From positions 5,642 through 69,641 of the forward strand of contig JAGWIG010000010.1 of NCBI GenBank assembly GCA_028873515.1: 64,000 nucleotides of DNA, written 5' to 3'. How positions within the stretch are numbered: position 1 is the stretch's first letter; the number at the start of each line of letters is the position of its first letter. This document shows positions 17,577 through 25,923 of the stretch, piece by piece. The DNA is from Pseudomonadota bacterium (GTDB lineage Bacteria > Pseudomonadota > Gammaproteobacteria > Burkholderiales > REEB80). A program made the position numbers and the translations under genes. Under the pieces are notes generated by a model. That model had not been told where the DNA came from. It did no database searches and saw only the letters and a list, made by a program, of their open reading frames with translations.

Positions 17577-18551
17577 ACGCAATGCAGCGCAGCGGGCACT
17601 ACCAAGCAACGCCGTATCAGGATTTAAGATAACCCTTACCGGCATACTTTCAAGCAGGGGCTGCATACGTCCTTTAGCAATAAAGGCTCTCATAAACGTG
17701 GGCTGTTTCAGGGCAGCAATAATCTTTGGCGCAATTCCACCGCCAAGATAAACCCCTCCGGTTGCCATAAATTTAAGCGCTACATTACCTGCTTCCGCGC
17801 CGTAGAAGGATACAAAAAACTCCATGGCCATTTCACAAAGTGCACAGGTGTGGTTTAGTGCTGCCTCTGAAATCAGGGCGGGATCCGGATTCCTGGCCAA
17901 TTTTTCTGCCATTTCAGGTTGTTCTGCCTTATGGCCCGTATCCCGCAAAAATTCATAAATAGCTTTAAGACCTGGTCCTGACAGAACACGCTCATAACTC
18001 ACATGCTTCCCTCTGCTACCCCCAAGATACAGCATGAACTCTGCCTGCAGGGCATTACGCGGGGCAAAATCCCCATGCCCTCCTTCACAGGCAAAGGGGT
18101 GATGGGTCTTCCCATCCCAATATAGACCCGCTTCTCCCAGACCCGTGCCCGCTGAAATAACTGCCTGATTTCCCGTTGCAGGCGAATCTCCGGCATTCAG
18201 GACATAAAAATCAGCCTCCCCCAGAGCACCAATACCCCAGGCATTGGCCTCCAGATCGTTAATCAGCATGAGTTCCTTCAAACCAGTCTTTTGAACAAGA
18301 TCCAGAACCTCCACCTCCCAGGGCAAATTAGGCGTCTTTGCTATACCCCGGTGTATCGGTGCAGCAATCCCCAGACAGCTCAGTGCAATCGAAGCAGGAT
18401 GTTCATGGATAAACATCTGAACAATTTTGGCAAGATTGGAATATTGCTGGCTCGAATAGATTTTAATGCAAGTTCTGACCAGTTTCCCATCAATCACATC
18501 AAAATAGGCAAATCTCGACGACGTTCCACCAATATCTCCTGCAAGAATCAT
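17556..18551 (-). CDS. glk: Glucokinase
   Basis: MILAGDIGGTSSRFAYF N-terminal ATP-binding motif with Glk-like length (331 aa). Its 3' end overlaps the GH15 3' end by 21 nt (convergent). Confidence 0.85.
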   Translation of the reverse strand: MILAGDIGGTSSRFAYFDVIDGKLVRTCIKIYSSQQYSNLAKIVQMFIHEHPASIALSCLGIAAPIHRGIAKTPNLPWEVEVLDLVQKTGLKELMLINDLEANAWGIGALGEADFYVLNAGDSPATGNQAVISAGTGLGEAGLYWDGKTHHPFACEGGHGDFAPRNALQAEFMLYLGGSRGKHVSYERVLSGPGLKAIYEFLRDTGHKAEQPEMAEKLARNPDPALISEAALNHTCALCEMAMEFFVSFYGAEAGNVALKFMATGGVYLGGGIAPKIIAALKQPTFMRAFIAKGRMQPLLESMPVRVILNPDTALLGSARCAALRSGMLDI

Positions 18552-18975
18552 GGTATCTACCCTCTTCTACCTTACACTAGCCATTTCTGATGAATTTAAG
18601 CATTCAACCAGAAATCGGAAGCCACATTACCTGTGACAGAGTTTTACATTCTGGAACACCCTTTTCAACTACCTGTGCCTTATGCACCTGACTGGGATAA
18701 AAGCGGAATTCCTGAAAATTTCCTATTAAAACCAGGGTGACACCTGAATTTGATAGCCACTTTTGAGAGTTTCCCGGAATTTTGAAGATACGTTCATGAA
18801 ATTCCCACATTTACTGAGTCCGGCTGGACCCATTGATAACACAGGCCTGCATCCAGGTCACTTTAGGCCATGTTACAAAATCCGGCCGATAATTTCATCA
18901 GGACTTCATTCATGGCTACCTTTATCCTTAGGCAACCTGACAATAGCACAACCACCCTTTTATAGATCCCATCCA

Positions 18976-19953
18976 TCATCCTTGTCCATTTCCGTTATCA
19001 AGAATGGCCTTCCTGATAGCCTTTGCCAGTTCATCAGGCATAAACTTCGCAACATATCCATCTGCACCCACGCTTTTGGCGTGAGATTCATTGGCTGATC
19101 CAGACAGGGAGGAATGAATGACGACAGGAATTTCCTTCAGGCTATCACTTTCCTTAATCTGTCTCGTCAAGGTAAATCCATCCATTTCCGGCATTTCAAG
19201 ATCTGTCAACACAAGAGCAATCTTCTGGCAGGCAGGGATACCGGCAATTTTGGCTTCCTGCTCCAGCTGCTGAAGACGCACAAAAGCTTCCTTGCCAGTT
19301 TTAGTACCAATAAAGGGCAACTTGAGGTGGGTCAATGTCTTTTCAATCTGGCTCCGCGCCACCGCGGAATCATCGGCATAGAGAATAACAGATCCTTGAG
19401 GAATAGAGATAGCTTCAATCGGACTCAGTTCATCTCCCCCCTTGAACCGGGTAGGCAAAACCTGACGTAGAATCTGCTCGACATCCAGAACAAGCGCAAG
19501 ACGCATCTCATCTGCATTCTCGCCAAGCCGGGCAAGACTGGTGACCATACCCCCAACGGCCGCACCCTCCGCTGACAAAACCTGGTTCCATTCCAGCCGG
19601 GTAATCTCCTCGACTTCTTCTACGGCAAAACCATGGATGGAACGCTCATACTCTGTCACAAGCAGAATATTCCGCCCTGTCGGCTTACAGCCAACCACCG
19701 CGGGAAGATCAATGACGGGGATGATCTGACCCCGGATATTAGCCACCCCCATGACATGCTGCGGAGCACCTGGCATGGGGGTAATGACAGGCATCACCAG
19801 CGCCTCACGCACCTTGAACACATTGATGCCAAACAGCTCCTGGGTACCACTGTTCTGATCAACCCCCAAACGAAAAATCAGCAGTTCAAATTTATTGGTT
19901 CCAGCAAGATTGGATCGCTCATCAACTTCCTGCAAAACATGACTCATGTTCAA
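18976..19953 (-). CDS. cheV: Chemotaxis coupling protein CheV (CheW-like domain + receiver domain)
   Basis: N-terminal CheW-like region (FGINVFKVREA..., IRGQIIPVIDL) and C-terminal REC (ILYADDS..., VLTDLEMPEMDG, K at GYVAKF). Confidence 0.85.
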   Translation of the reverse strand: MNMSHVLQEVDERSNLAGTNKFELLIFRLGVDQNSGTQELFGINVFKVREALVMPVITPMPGAPQHVMGVANIRGQIIPVIDLPAVVGCKPTGRNILLVTEYERSIHGFAVEEVEEITRLEWNQVLSAEGAAVGGMVTSLARLGENADEMRLALVLDVEQILRQVLPTRFKGGDELSPIEAISIPQGSVILYADDSAVARSQIEKTLTHLKLPFIGTKTGKEAFVRLQQLEQEAKIAGIPACQKIALVLTDLEMPEMDGFTLTRQIKESDSLKEIPVVIHSSLSGSANESHAKSVGADGYVAKFMPDELAKAIRKAILDNGNGQG

Positions 19954-19959
19954 CTCTCC

Positions 19960-21210
19960 TTATCTCCTGACGGCCGCTTCACGCAACCGGTCAAGCTTTT
20001 GCAAAATATCCTGCTCAAGGCGAACCAGTTCTGTACTTTGACGGATGGCCTCCTCACGGTTTCCCGATTCAAGGTTTATGAGCACGTTCTTCCCAACCTG
20101 ATGCACCTGGATATGGGGTGAATCCAGTTCCTTGAAATCTGGCAAATCACCAAAGAGTTCGCGACCTATGCCGTCATACCATTTGCCAAAATAACAGTGA
20201 TGATGATCTGGCAGATCCGATTCATTCATGAAATCATGGGTTTTGGTGACCTCTTCACGTACGCGGTTAATAAAGATTTGATGACTCTGCTTGACGGCAT
20301 CGACAAACATGGTCATGGCCAACCCGTTTAGTCCCTGGACGCGTTGATTGTGCTGGAAGGCCAAGGCCTCCGCCCCTTGAACCCTCTGGTAAGCAATCTG
20401 GCTCGTGCCTGCAATATCTTTCGCAGAATCGTCGATGGCCGCAATATTGCTTTGAACTTCTTCCGTTGCTACCTGAACCCGTTTGGAGAGACTACGGACC
20501 TCATCAGCCACTACAGCAAATCCTCGGCCATGTTCTCCAGCCCGGGCTGCCTCAATAGCCGCATTCAGGGCAAGAAGATTGGTCTGATAGGCAATTTCCC
20601 GGATTGTCTGGGCAATGCGCCCAATCGTCCCGACCTGGGTAATAAGACCCTCGGATGCCTTCCGGTTTTCCATGATGGATTGCTGGATATCATGGAGCGT
20701 GCTCCCTACTTCATCCATACTTTGCTGGGCTTCCCTGGAAGTATTGATCAATGTAGCACCCTGGTTGGATACCTTACCGATCAACGTGTTAATGGTATCA
20801 ATTGCAAAGCGTTCCGCAGTCCTATCCCTCCAGGAAACATGAAAAGCGATAATCTGACCAGCCTCATCCTGAAGGGGGCTAAAAATCAGGGAAAACATCA
20901 CATCATCCCGGCATAATTCGGTTTGATGAAATTTCATCTTTTTTTCAATCAAGGTTCGAAATATATTCCGTATCCGATCAGGTTCCTTATGAAACTGATG
21001 AATGGAAAAGGTAGAGGACTGCTGTACCTCTGTTCCTGTCAGCCTGACATGGAGAGATGGATAATAAAAATCCAGGCTCTTCAGTGCTGCCTCGTTCATA
21101 TACAAGATCCTGTTTTCCATGGCTGGATCATTTTCAACCAGCATTTCCAGTGTATCGAACGAATCAAGCAGTTGCTGGATCCAGCTCATGCTGCTGCTTT
21201 CAATGGCCAT
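19960..21210 (-). CDS. Soluble methyl-accepting chemotaxis protein: PAS-like N-domain, short MA signalling domain, C-terminal CZB (chemoreceptor zinc-binding) domain
   Basis: Canonical tip [37 protein letters not shown]-terminal CZB signature SHQIF...[10 protein letters not shown]...SPHIQVHQ. No TM helices. Confidence 0.8.
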   Translation of the reverse strand: MAIESSSMSWIQQLLDSFDTLEMLVENDPAMENRILYMNEAALKSLDFYYPSLHVRLTGTEVQQSSTFSIHQFHKEPDRIRNIFRTLIEKKMKFHQTELCRDDVMFSLIFSPLQDEAGQIIAFHVSWRDRTAERFAIDTINTLIGKVSNQGATLINTSREAQQSMDEVGSTLHDIQQSIMENRKASEGLITQVGTIGRIAQTIREIAYQTNLLALNAAIEAARAGEHGRGFAVVADEVRSLSKRVQVATEEVQSNIAAIDDSAKDIAGTSQIAYQRVQGAEALAFQHNQRVQGLNGLAMTMFVDAVKQSHQIFINRVREEVTKTHDFMNESDLPDHHHCYFGKWYDGIGRELFGDLPDFKELDSPHIQVHQVGKNVLINLESGNREEAIRQSTELVRLEQDILQKLDRLREAAVRR

Positions 21211-21236
21211 CCTGTTCTCCTGAAAAAATCATCCAA

Positions 21237-21995
21237 TCAGCGTGAAATAGCTGTTCCGACATTTAACCCGTCAAACCAGTCGAGAAATCGCTGTACATTG
21301 GTACCGCTATAAATGGCCCCATGCTGTGGGCATAGATACTGGATATCGAGTTTGGAGACCCGGTTAATCCAATCCCTTTTCGCTTCATTGGAAGGCATCC
21401 AGCGTTGATGAAAATATCTGGCCTTCTGAATATGATCATCAAAGGATTTCGCTTCATCGCCACCCATCCTGCGATTCACCCAGGCATCATGCCCAGGCTG
21501 CAATATTGCCGCCCCCACATCTCCAGAAAAAAACACCTTGGCTTCAGCGTCATAGACATGAAAATTGGCTGAAGCATGAAGGTAATGGGCAGGAATAAAT
21601 TCCAGTTTGCGGTCACCAATAAAAAGCTCTCCCCCATCATCTGGAATTCCGCACAAAACTGCCTCCAGCGCGCCATAATGACGAATGAATCCTTCCCACA
21701 GGCTAGGCACATGCCACTGGATCTGGTCGTTGCAGGCATTCCACAAAGGCAGGCTGGAGGCAATATCCGGATCCTGATGAGAAACGAAAGCAGCCTTGAC
21801 GGCAGCAATAGGTACCACTTCCACCATTGCAGTAAACACATAGGGAAAAATTTCGAAACCGCCAGGATCGAGTATGATGGCCTGTCCATTGGATTCCATG
21901 ATATAAACGTTGGAATCAATCACCCGACGTTCATCCTGATCATAGATCATCCACCAGCGATGACTACCCTGTTCAAAAACGGGCGCCACTTTCAT
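21237..21995 (-). CDS. Metallo-beta-lactamase-fold di-iron protein, ODP-like (flavodiiron N-domain-like, no flavodoxin domain)
   Basis: 252 aa. Ligand-like motifs SHQDPD (HxDxD), AHYLHASANFHVYD, FFSGDVG and CPQHG are collinear with the flavodiiron/ODP di-iron site. Embedded in a che operon. Confidence 0.6.
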   Translation of the reverse strand: MKVAPVFEQGSHRWWMIYDQDERRVIDSNVYIMESNGQAIILDPGGFEIFPYVFTAMVEVVPIAAVKAAFVSHQDPDIASSLPLWNACNDQIQWHVPSLWEGFIRHYGALEAVLCGIPDDGGELFIGDRKLEFIPAHYLHASANFHVYDAEAKVFFSGDVGAAILQPGHDAWVNRRMGGDEAKSFDDHIQKARYFHQRWMPSNEAKRDWINRVSKLDIQYLCPQHGAIYSGTNVQRFLDWFDGLNVGTAISR

Positions 21996-22593
21996 GTAGT
22001 ATCCTTTCGAGTTGTTTGCTATAGGAACGTATGCTCTGGGCGACCGTAGACACGGCCTGACCCATTTCCCTTGAGACGCTGACCAGTGGTGCTCCCGAGT
22101 CTATGGACAAGGCCGCCTCAATGCGGCCATTTGTCACGATGTACTCCTGTTCGGCAATACTTTCCTGCATTCTGCCTGCGGCATGGATAACCTTTTTGAG
22201 AATGACTAAAGCACAACCTTCCTCTATAGCTATCCTGCCTGCCAAATTCATTCGAGTATTTTCCAGGGCAGGACTGGTTTTACCCTTTCGGTCCAGTTCT
22301 TCAATCATGGTCTGAAAAATCACCAGGTAGCGTCGATTCTGCATGATATGCATATGGGCCTGAATCAGCGGGGCAATACATTCATGCAGCAGAAGACCTG
22401 ATTTAGTAAGAAATGTAGCCCGTTCGCGAAACGCCTGAGCGACCACGCCGTAACCTGCCAGCGCACTGCCATGACGCTTGACCAGAACCATGGCATTAAG
22501 GGCACGGCGGTCAATTTCACGGAGGGATTTTTCCAGGGTACGCAGCACAAGGTGAGAATCATCCACCAGTTCCATCAAATCTTGGATATTCAT
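21973..22593 (-). CDS. 206-aa protein with two degenerate MCP hairpin-tip-like motifs (sensor-less mini-receptor-like)
   Basis: aa 26-59 IDRRALNAMVLVKRHGSALAGYGVVAQAFRERA resemble the canonical tip [30 protein letters not shown]. aa 153-187 TNGRIEAALSIDSGAPLVSVSREMGQA form a second weaker copy. The ATG overlaps the cheA stop, and the 3' end overlaps the ODP-like start by 23 nt. Confidence 0.45.
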   Translation of the reverse strand: MNIQDLMELVDDSHLVLRTLEKSLREIDRRALNAMVLVKRHGSALAGYGVVAQAFRERATFLTKSGLLLHECIAPLIQAHMHIMQNRRYLVIFQTMIEELDRKGKTSPALENTRMNLAGRIAIEEGCALVILKKVIHAAGRMQESIAEQEYIVTNGRIEAALSIDSGAPLVSVSREMGQAVSTVAQSIRSYSKQLERILHESGARF

Positions 22594-24635
22594 CAGGCAA
22601 TTCCTTGCTGTCTGGAATGGACCATCTTCATCTGCTCGATTGCCCTGGATATCAGCGTTCCAGGATCCAGAATAAGCACCACATCCCCTTTGCCAGATAT
22701 CGTGGCCCCCTGATACCAGCTTCCCATCTTGTCTTCGGGAAGAAAATCAATTGGTTTGACTACAGAATCCTCATTACCCAACACTTCAGAAGCCATGAAA
22801 AGTCCGCGATCAGTGAGAATGCCTTCCACGGGTTCACCTTCAAGCCTCAGTGGCCTGTCATGGAAAAGGTTGCCCAGATCCACAATAGGAGTCACCCTTG
22901 AGCCACTGATCTGATAGACCGTACGTCCATCCAAATGGTGTATAAGCCCTTTCTGGATATCGATAAGGCTTTCTATCGCAGAAATGGGCAAGGCATAGAT
23001 ATCCCGGCGTAAACGAAGATAAAGCACGGGTAGCACCGCCATGCTCAGGGGGAACTCCATGGAAATGGTGGTTCCTTCGCCAAGGCGGGTCTGGACATCA
23101 AGATGCCCCCGAAGCTTGCGCGCCGTATCTTTGACCACATCCATCCCAACCCCCCGTCCGGAAAGATCGGTGGCCTTGTCCTTGGTGGAAAATCCAGGGC
23201 GGAAGATGAGTTCCAGCGCCTCCTGTTCTGACAGGCACGCCGCTTCTTCACCAGTAATCACTCCCTTGGCAAGCGCCTTCTGGACAAGAAACCGTCGATC
23301 GATTCCTCGCCCATTGTCCGAGACTTCAATCCGTACCTTGTCGCCCAGATGAACTGCAGCAATACGGATGCAGGCTTCCCTCGGTTTACCAGCAGATTGA
23401 CGTTCTTCGGGCTTCTCAATCCCATGATCCAGACTATTACGAACAAGGTGGGTAATAGGACTGGAAAGGGCGTCAACGACCGTTTTGTCAATTTCCACCT
23501 CTTCACCTGCAATATCCAGTCTCACTTCCTTGCCCAATTGCCTGGAAGCGTCCCGTACCGCACGCGGCAACTGTTGAAACAACCGCTTGCAAGGCTGCAT
23601 CCTAAGATGCATAACCGTATTCTGGATATCATTGACAGTGAGATCCATTTCCCTGGAAATACGGCTCAGGTCTTCATTGACCTGAACCAGACTTCCCACG
23701 GCAGAAGCCAGCCTATTCCGTAGCAGCACCAGTTCACCTACCTGGTTAATCACTGAATCCAGGCGCCCTGAATCAACCCGGATAGTAGTCTCCGACATAT
23801 CAGAAACAGAAGGGGGTCTTCTCGGTGGCAAAGCACTATCTAATGAGGGAGATTTAGCTGTTGACCGGGTTTTTTCCGGTGTCGATGAACCAGTACCCTG
23901 GGTCATTACTGCTAAAGGGACAGGTTCAGGACTGATGCTGTGAAAAAACTGTTCAAGAACCTGATCATGATCATGTTGCTTGCCGGGAATCCGTGATTCT
24001 GTGCCCCTGTACGTACTGGAAAATGGCAGATCCCCCCTGGAATGATTACCTGTCTTTTCATCCAGCTTCAATTCCCAGCCATCAGGCCCACCATCGCTTT
24101 CATTACTGGACGCCAATTTTTCCGATTCAGACGAAACCCCAGATGAAAAAGCCTGTAATTGCACAACGAATGTCGAAGTCGGGTGGGCTGGGGAGTCCTG
24201 TCCATTTTCTTCAATCCCGGCTCCCAATAAGCTATCGTCTGACTCAAGAGCCGGAAAATGTCCTGCAGCAAGTTCCCGAATCCGTCTTGAAAGTTCTTCA
24301 GGCCCATGGGCAGGATGATTTCCTTGAGCGAGCTCTTCAAGCATGACGTGAATCACATCCATGCCGTTCAGTATGGTATCAATCATGATCCGGGTAACCG
24401 GGAGGACATGGGAACGAAGCTTGTCGAGCAAGTCTTCAAGGTGATGTGTCCATTCAACAAGATTGTCTGCCTCGAGAAACCCGGCGCCCCCTTTCAGGGT
24501 ATGAAAAGCGCGGAAGACTGATGCCAGAATCCCATCATCGCCAGGATCGTTCTCAAGACGAAGTGTGTCCTCCTGGGCTTTTTCCAGAAGCTCCCTGGCC
24601 TCAGTCAGGTAGTCTTGCAGTATTTCCTCATCCAT
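22593..24635 (-). CDS. cheA: Chemotaxis histidine kinase CheA
   Basis: Hpt FHTLKGGAGF, N-box HLVRNSLDHGIE, G1 DNGRGID, G2 GRGVGMDVV, and a C-terminal CheW-like P5 domain. Confidence 0.9.
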   Translation of the reverse strand: MDEEILQDYLTEARELLEKAQEDTLRLENDPGDDGILASVFRAFHTLKGGAGFLEADNLVEWTHHLEDLLDKLRSHVLPVTRIMIDTILNGMDVIHVMLEELAQGNHPAHGPEELSRRIRELAAGHFPALESDDSLLGAGIEENGQDSPAHPTSTFVVQLQAFSSGVSSESEKLASSNESDGGPDGWELKLDEKTGNHSRGDLPFSSTYRGTESRIPGKQHDHDQVLEQFFHSISPEPVPLAVMTQGTGSSTPEKTRSTAKSPSLDSALPPRRPPSVSDMSETTIRVDSGRLDSVINQVGELVLLRNRLASAVGSLVQVNEDLSRISREMDLTVNDIQNTVMHLRMQPCKRLFQQLPRAVRDASRQLGKEVRLDIAGEEVEIDKTVVDALSSPITHLVRNSLDHGIEKPEERQSAGKPREACIRIAAVHLGDKVRIEVSDNGRGIDRRFLVQKALAKGVITGEEAACLSEQEALELIFRPGFSTKDKATDLSGRGVGMDVVKDTARKLRGHLDVQTRLGEGTTISMEFPLSMAVLPVLYLRLRRDIYALPISAIESLIDIQKGLIHHLDGRTVYQISGSRVTPIVDLGNLFHDRPLRLEGEPVEGILTDRGLFMASEVLGNEDSVVKPIDFLPEDKMGSWYQGATISGKGDVVLILDPGTLISRAIEQMKMVHSRQQGIA

Positions 24636-24849
24636 GACTCTATCCCTGATTTAAATTCGCTCATATTTTTCGGCGGCAGGCAGGTATCGCCACAAGCATT
24701 TGTCCAGCCTTCGACATGCTCTAATAAATCTTGAGTAAAAATCAGCTTGAAAAGAATGTATGTGCAGCTTTCTTGCGCCATATCACTTTTCTTGGCCATA
24801 TTTATATGGAATACACTGAGGAATAATAAAACAGCATTGATCAGCATAG

Positions 24850-25237
24850 GGGGCAGCATTAAGCTGCGCCCCTGCCACACCACCTGGCTCCACCATGCGG
24901 TCCAAGAAGTTGAGATCATGTAAATCTCGGAATGCCAAGGCTGTCGAAATAGCTTACCGTAAAGACTTTGTTCAAGACGGAATTGGTGGAATTCGATGGG
25001 ATGGTGAGCATGACCAGGTCATCTCATGTGAACTATCCGCCCAGGCTGGCGGTATCCGTGCTGGTGAACAGTCTCAAATGGGTATCCAGCCGGATGATCC
25101 GCAAAAGGAATATCCGTGTATCCGAAAGCAGCCATGGGGCGGCGCATTGTGGCGCCATCTTGTTTTGCGGCCTCGTGCGACGGCGCACCAATTGCCATCA
25201 TTCACCAGTATATCAAGCAACGGCAAATGCCTGAATA
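24850..25237 (+). pseudogene. tnpA: IS200/IS605-family Y1 transposase (TnpA) remnant, multiply frameshifted
   Basis: Pieces of TnpA appear in three frames: ...HVNYPPRLAVSVLVNSLKWVSSRMIRK... (frame of 24968), ...PWGGALW... (frame of 24895), ...SCFAASCDGAPIAIIHQYIKQRQMPE* (third frame, stop 25235-25237). A weak HTTW...(YHxVW-like) piece lies near 24875. No intact ORF. Confidence 0.6.
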
Positions 25238-25451
25238 AACTAACAACAGGGATACCTGCGGTATCCGCGCTATTCATTTCCCCTCCCTGAGCGGCGAGGA
25301 TCGACGCGCAATCCCTTAAAATAAAACAGACCTTTCAAAACTGGACAGGAGGCATGAATAATCCGAAATGCATACCAAATTGATCTAAGTCATTTGATGG
25401 ATAAAATTTCTGGAATAGAATTAATTCAAGAATCTTGGCTATCTCCCAAAT

Positions 25452-25525
25452 GACCGCACCCCCGCGGTCTAATGCGGCCGCCCCCGGCGGCCTATCTTGA
25501 CCGCTCCCCGGCGGTCTTTTTTTTT
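25452..25525 (+). repeat. Array of three GC-rich 18-nt hairpins (period 23-24 nt), the last followed by T9
   Basis: GACCGCacccccGCGGTC (25452-25469), GGCCGCCcccGGCGGCC (25476-25492), GACCGCtccccgGCGGTC (25499-25516) then TTTTTTTTT (25517-25525). The last unit looks like a rho-independent terminator. Confidence 0.8.
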
Positions 25526-25729
25526 GCCGGCCTCCCAGAGGCTTCGGACATTTAGATAAAATTCGTGTTTACCCTGAAAAGGAATATGTAGGCCAGTTAG
25601 TTACACTATCAATTCAGGTCCGCGAAAAGATTCAGCCAATAGTACGTAATAGTGATCCAGAACAAAAGAACCATGACCCATCCCGGTTAAAATCAAACGA
25701 TAATAAACTTGTTCGGTATTCTCCTATTA

Positions 25730-25754
25730 GGCCGCCACCCCGCGGTCTTTTTTT
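25730..25754 (+). repeat. Fourth copy of the GC-rich hairpin, followed by T7
   Basis: GGCCGCcaccccGCGGTC (25730-25747) plus TTTTTTT. Same consensus GRCCGC-N-CCCC-N-GCGGYC as the array at 25452-25516. Confidence 0.75.
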
Positions 25755-25923
25755 ACCTGGGGATAAAACAATGCTTATATGAAAGGGCTAGCCAATGCTC
25801 TATCTACATAACATGATAAGGATCAATAAGTTAACATTATTTTCACGACCCATGGTGAATAATGTTCAAATGGATGAGCCATGAACTCTTAGCTGAGCGC
25901 AGCTTATCTATAACAGGAGTTTT

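Noticed and set aside
24605-24919. 104-aa minus-strand ORF overlapping the cheA start and extending upstream.
   Set aside because: It has no motifs and its composition is hydrophobic and low-complexity. It overlaps the cheA 5' end and the IS200-remnant edge.

The region is more likely the cheA promoter/leader.
25452-25525. Tandem hairpin repeats considered as a CRISPR array.
   Set aside because: The repeats are only about 18 nt long and are separated by 6-nt spacers. There are three to four copies, and no cas genes are in the window.

This geometry is incompatible with CRISPR. It is reported instead as REP/transposon-end-like hairpins.
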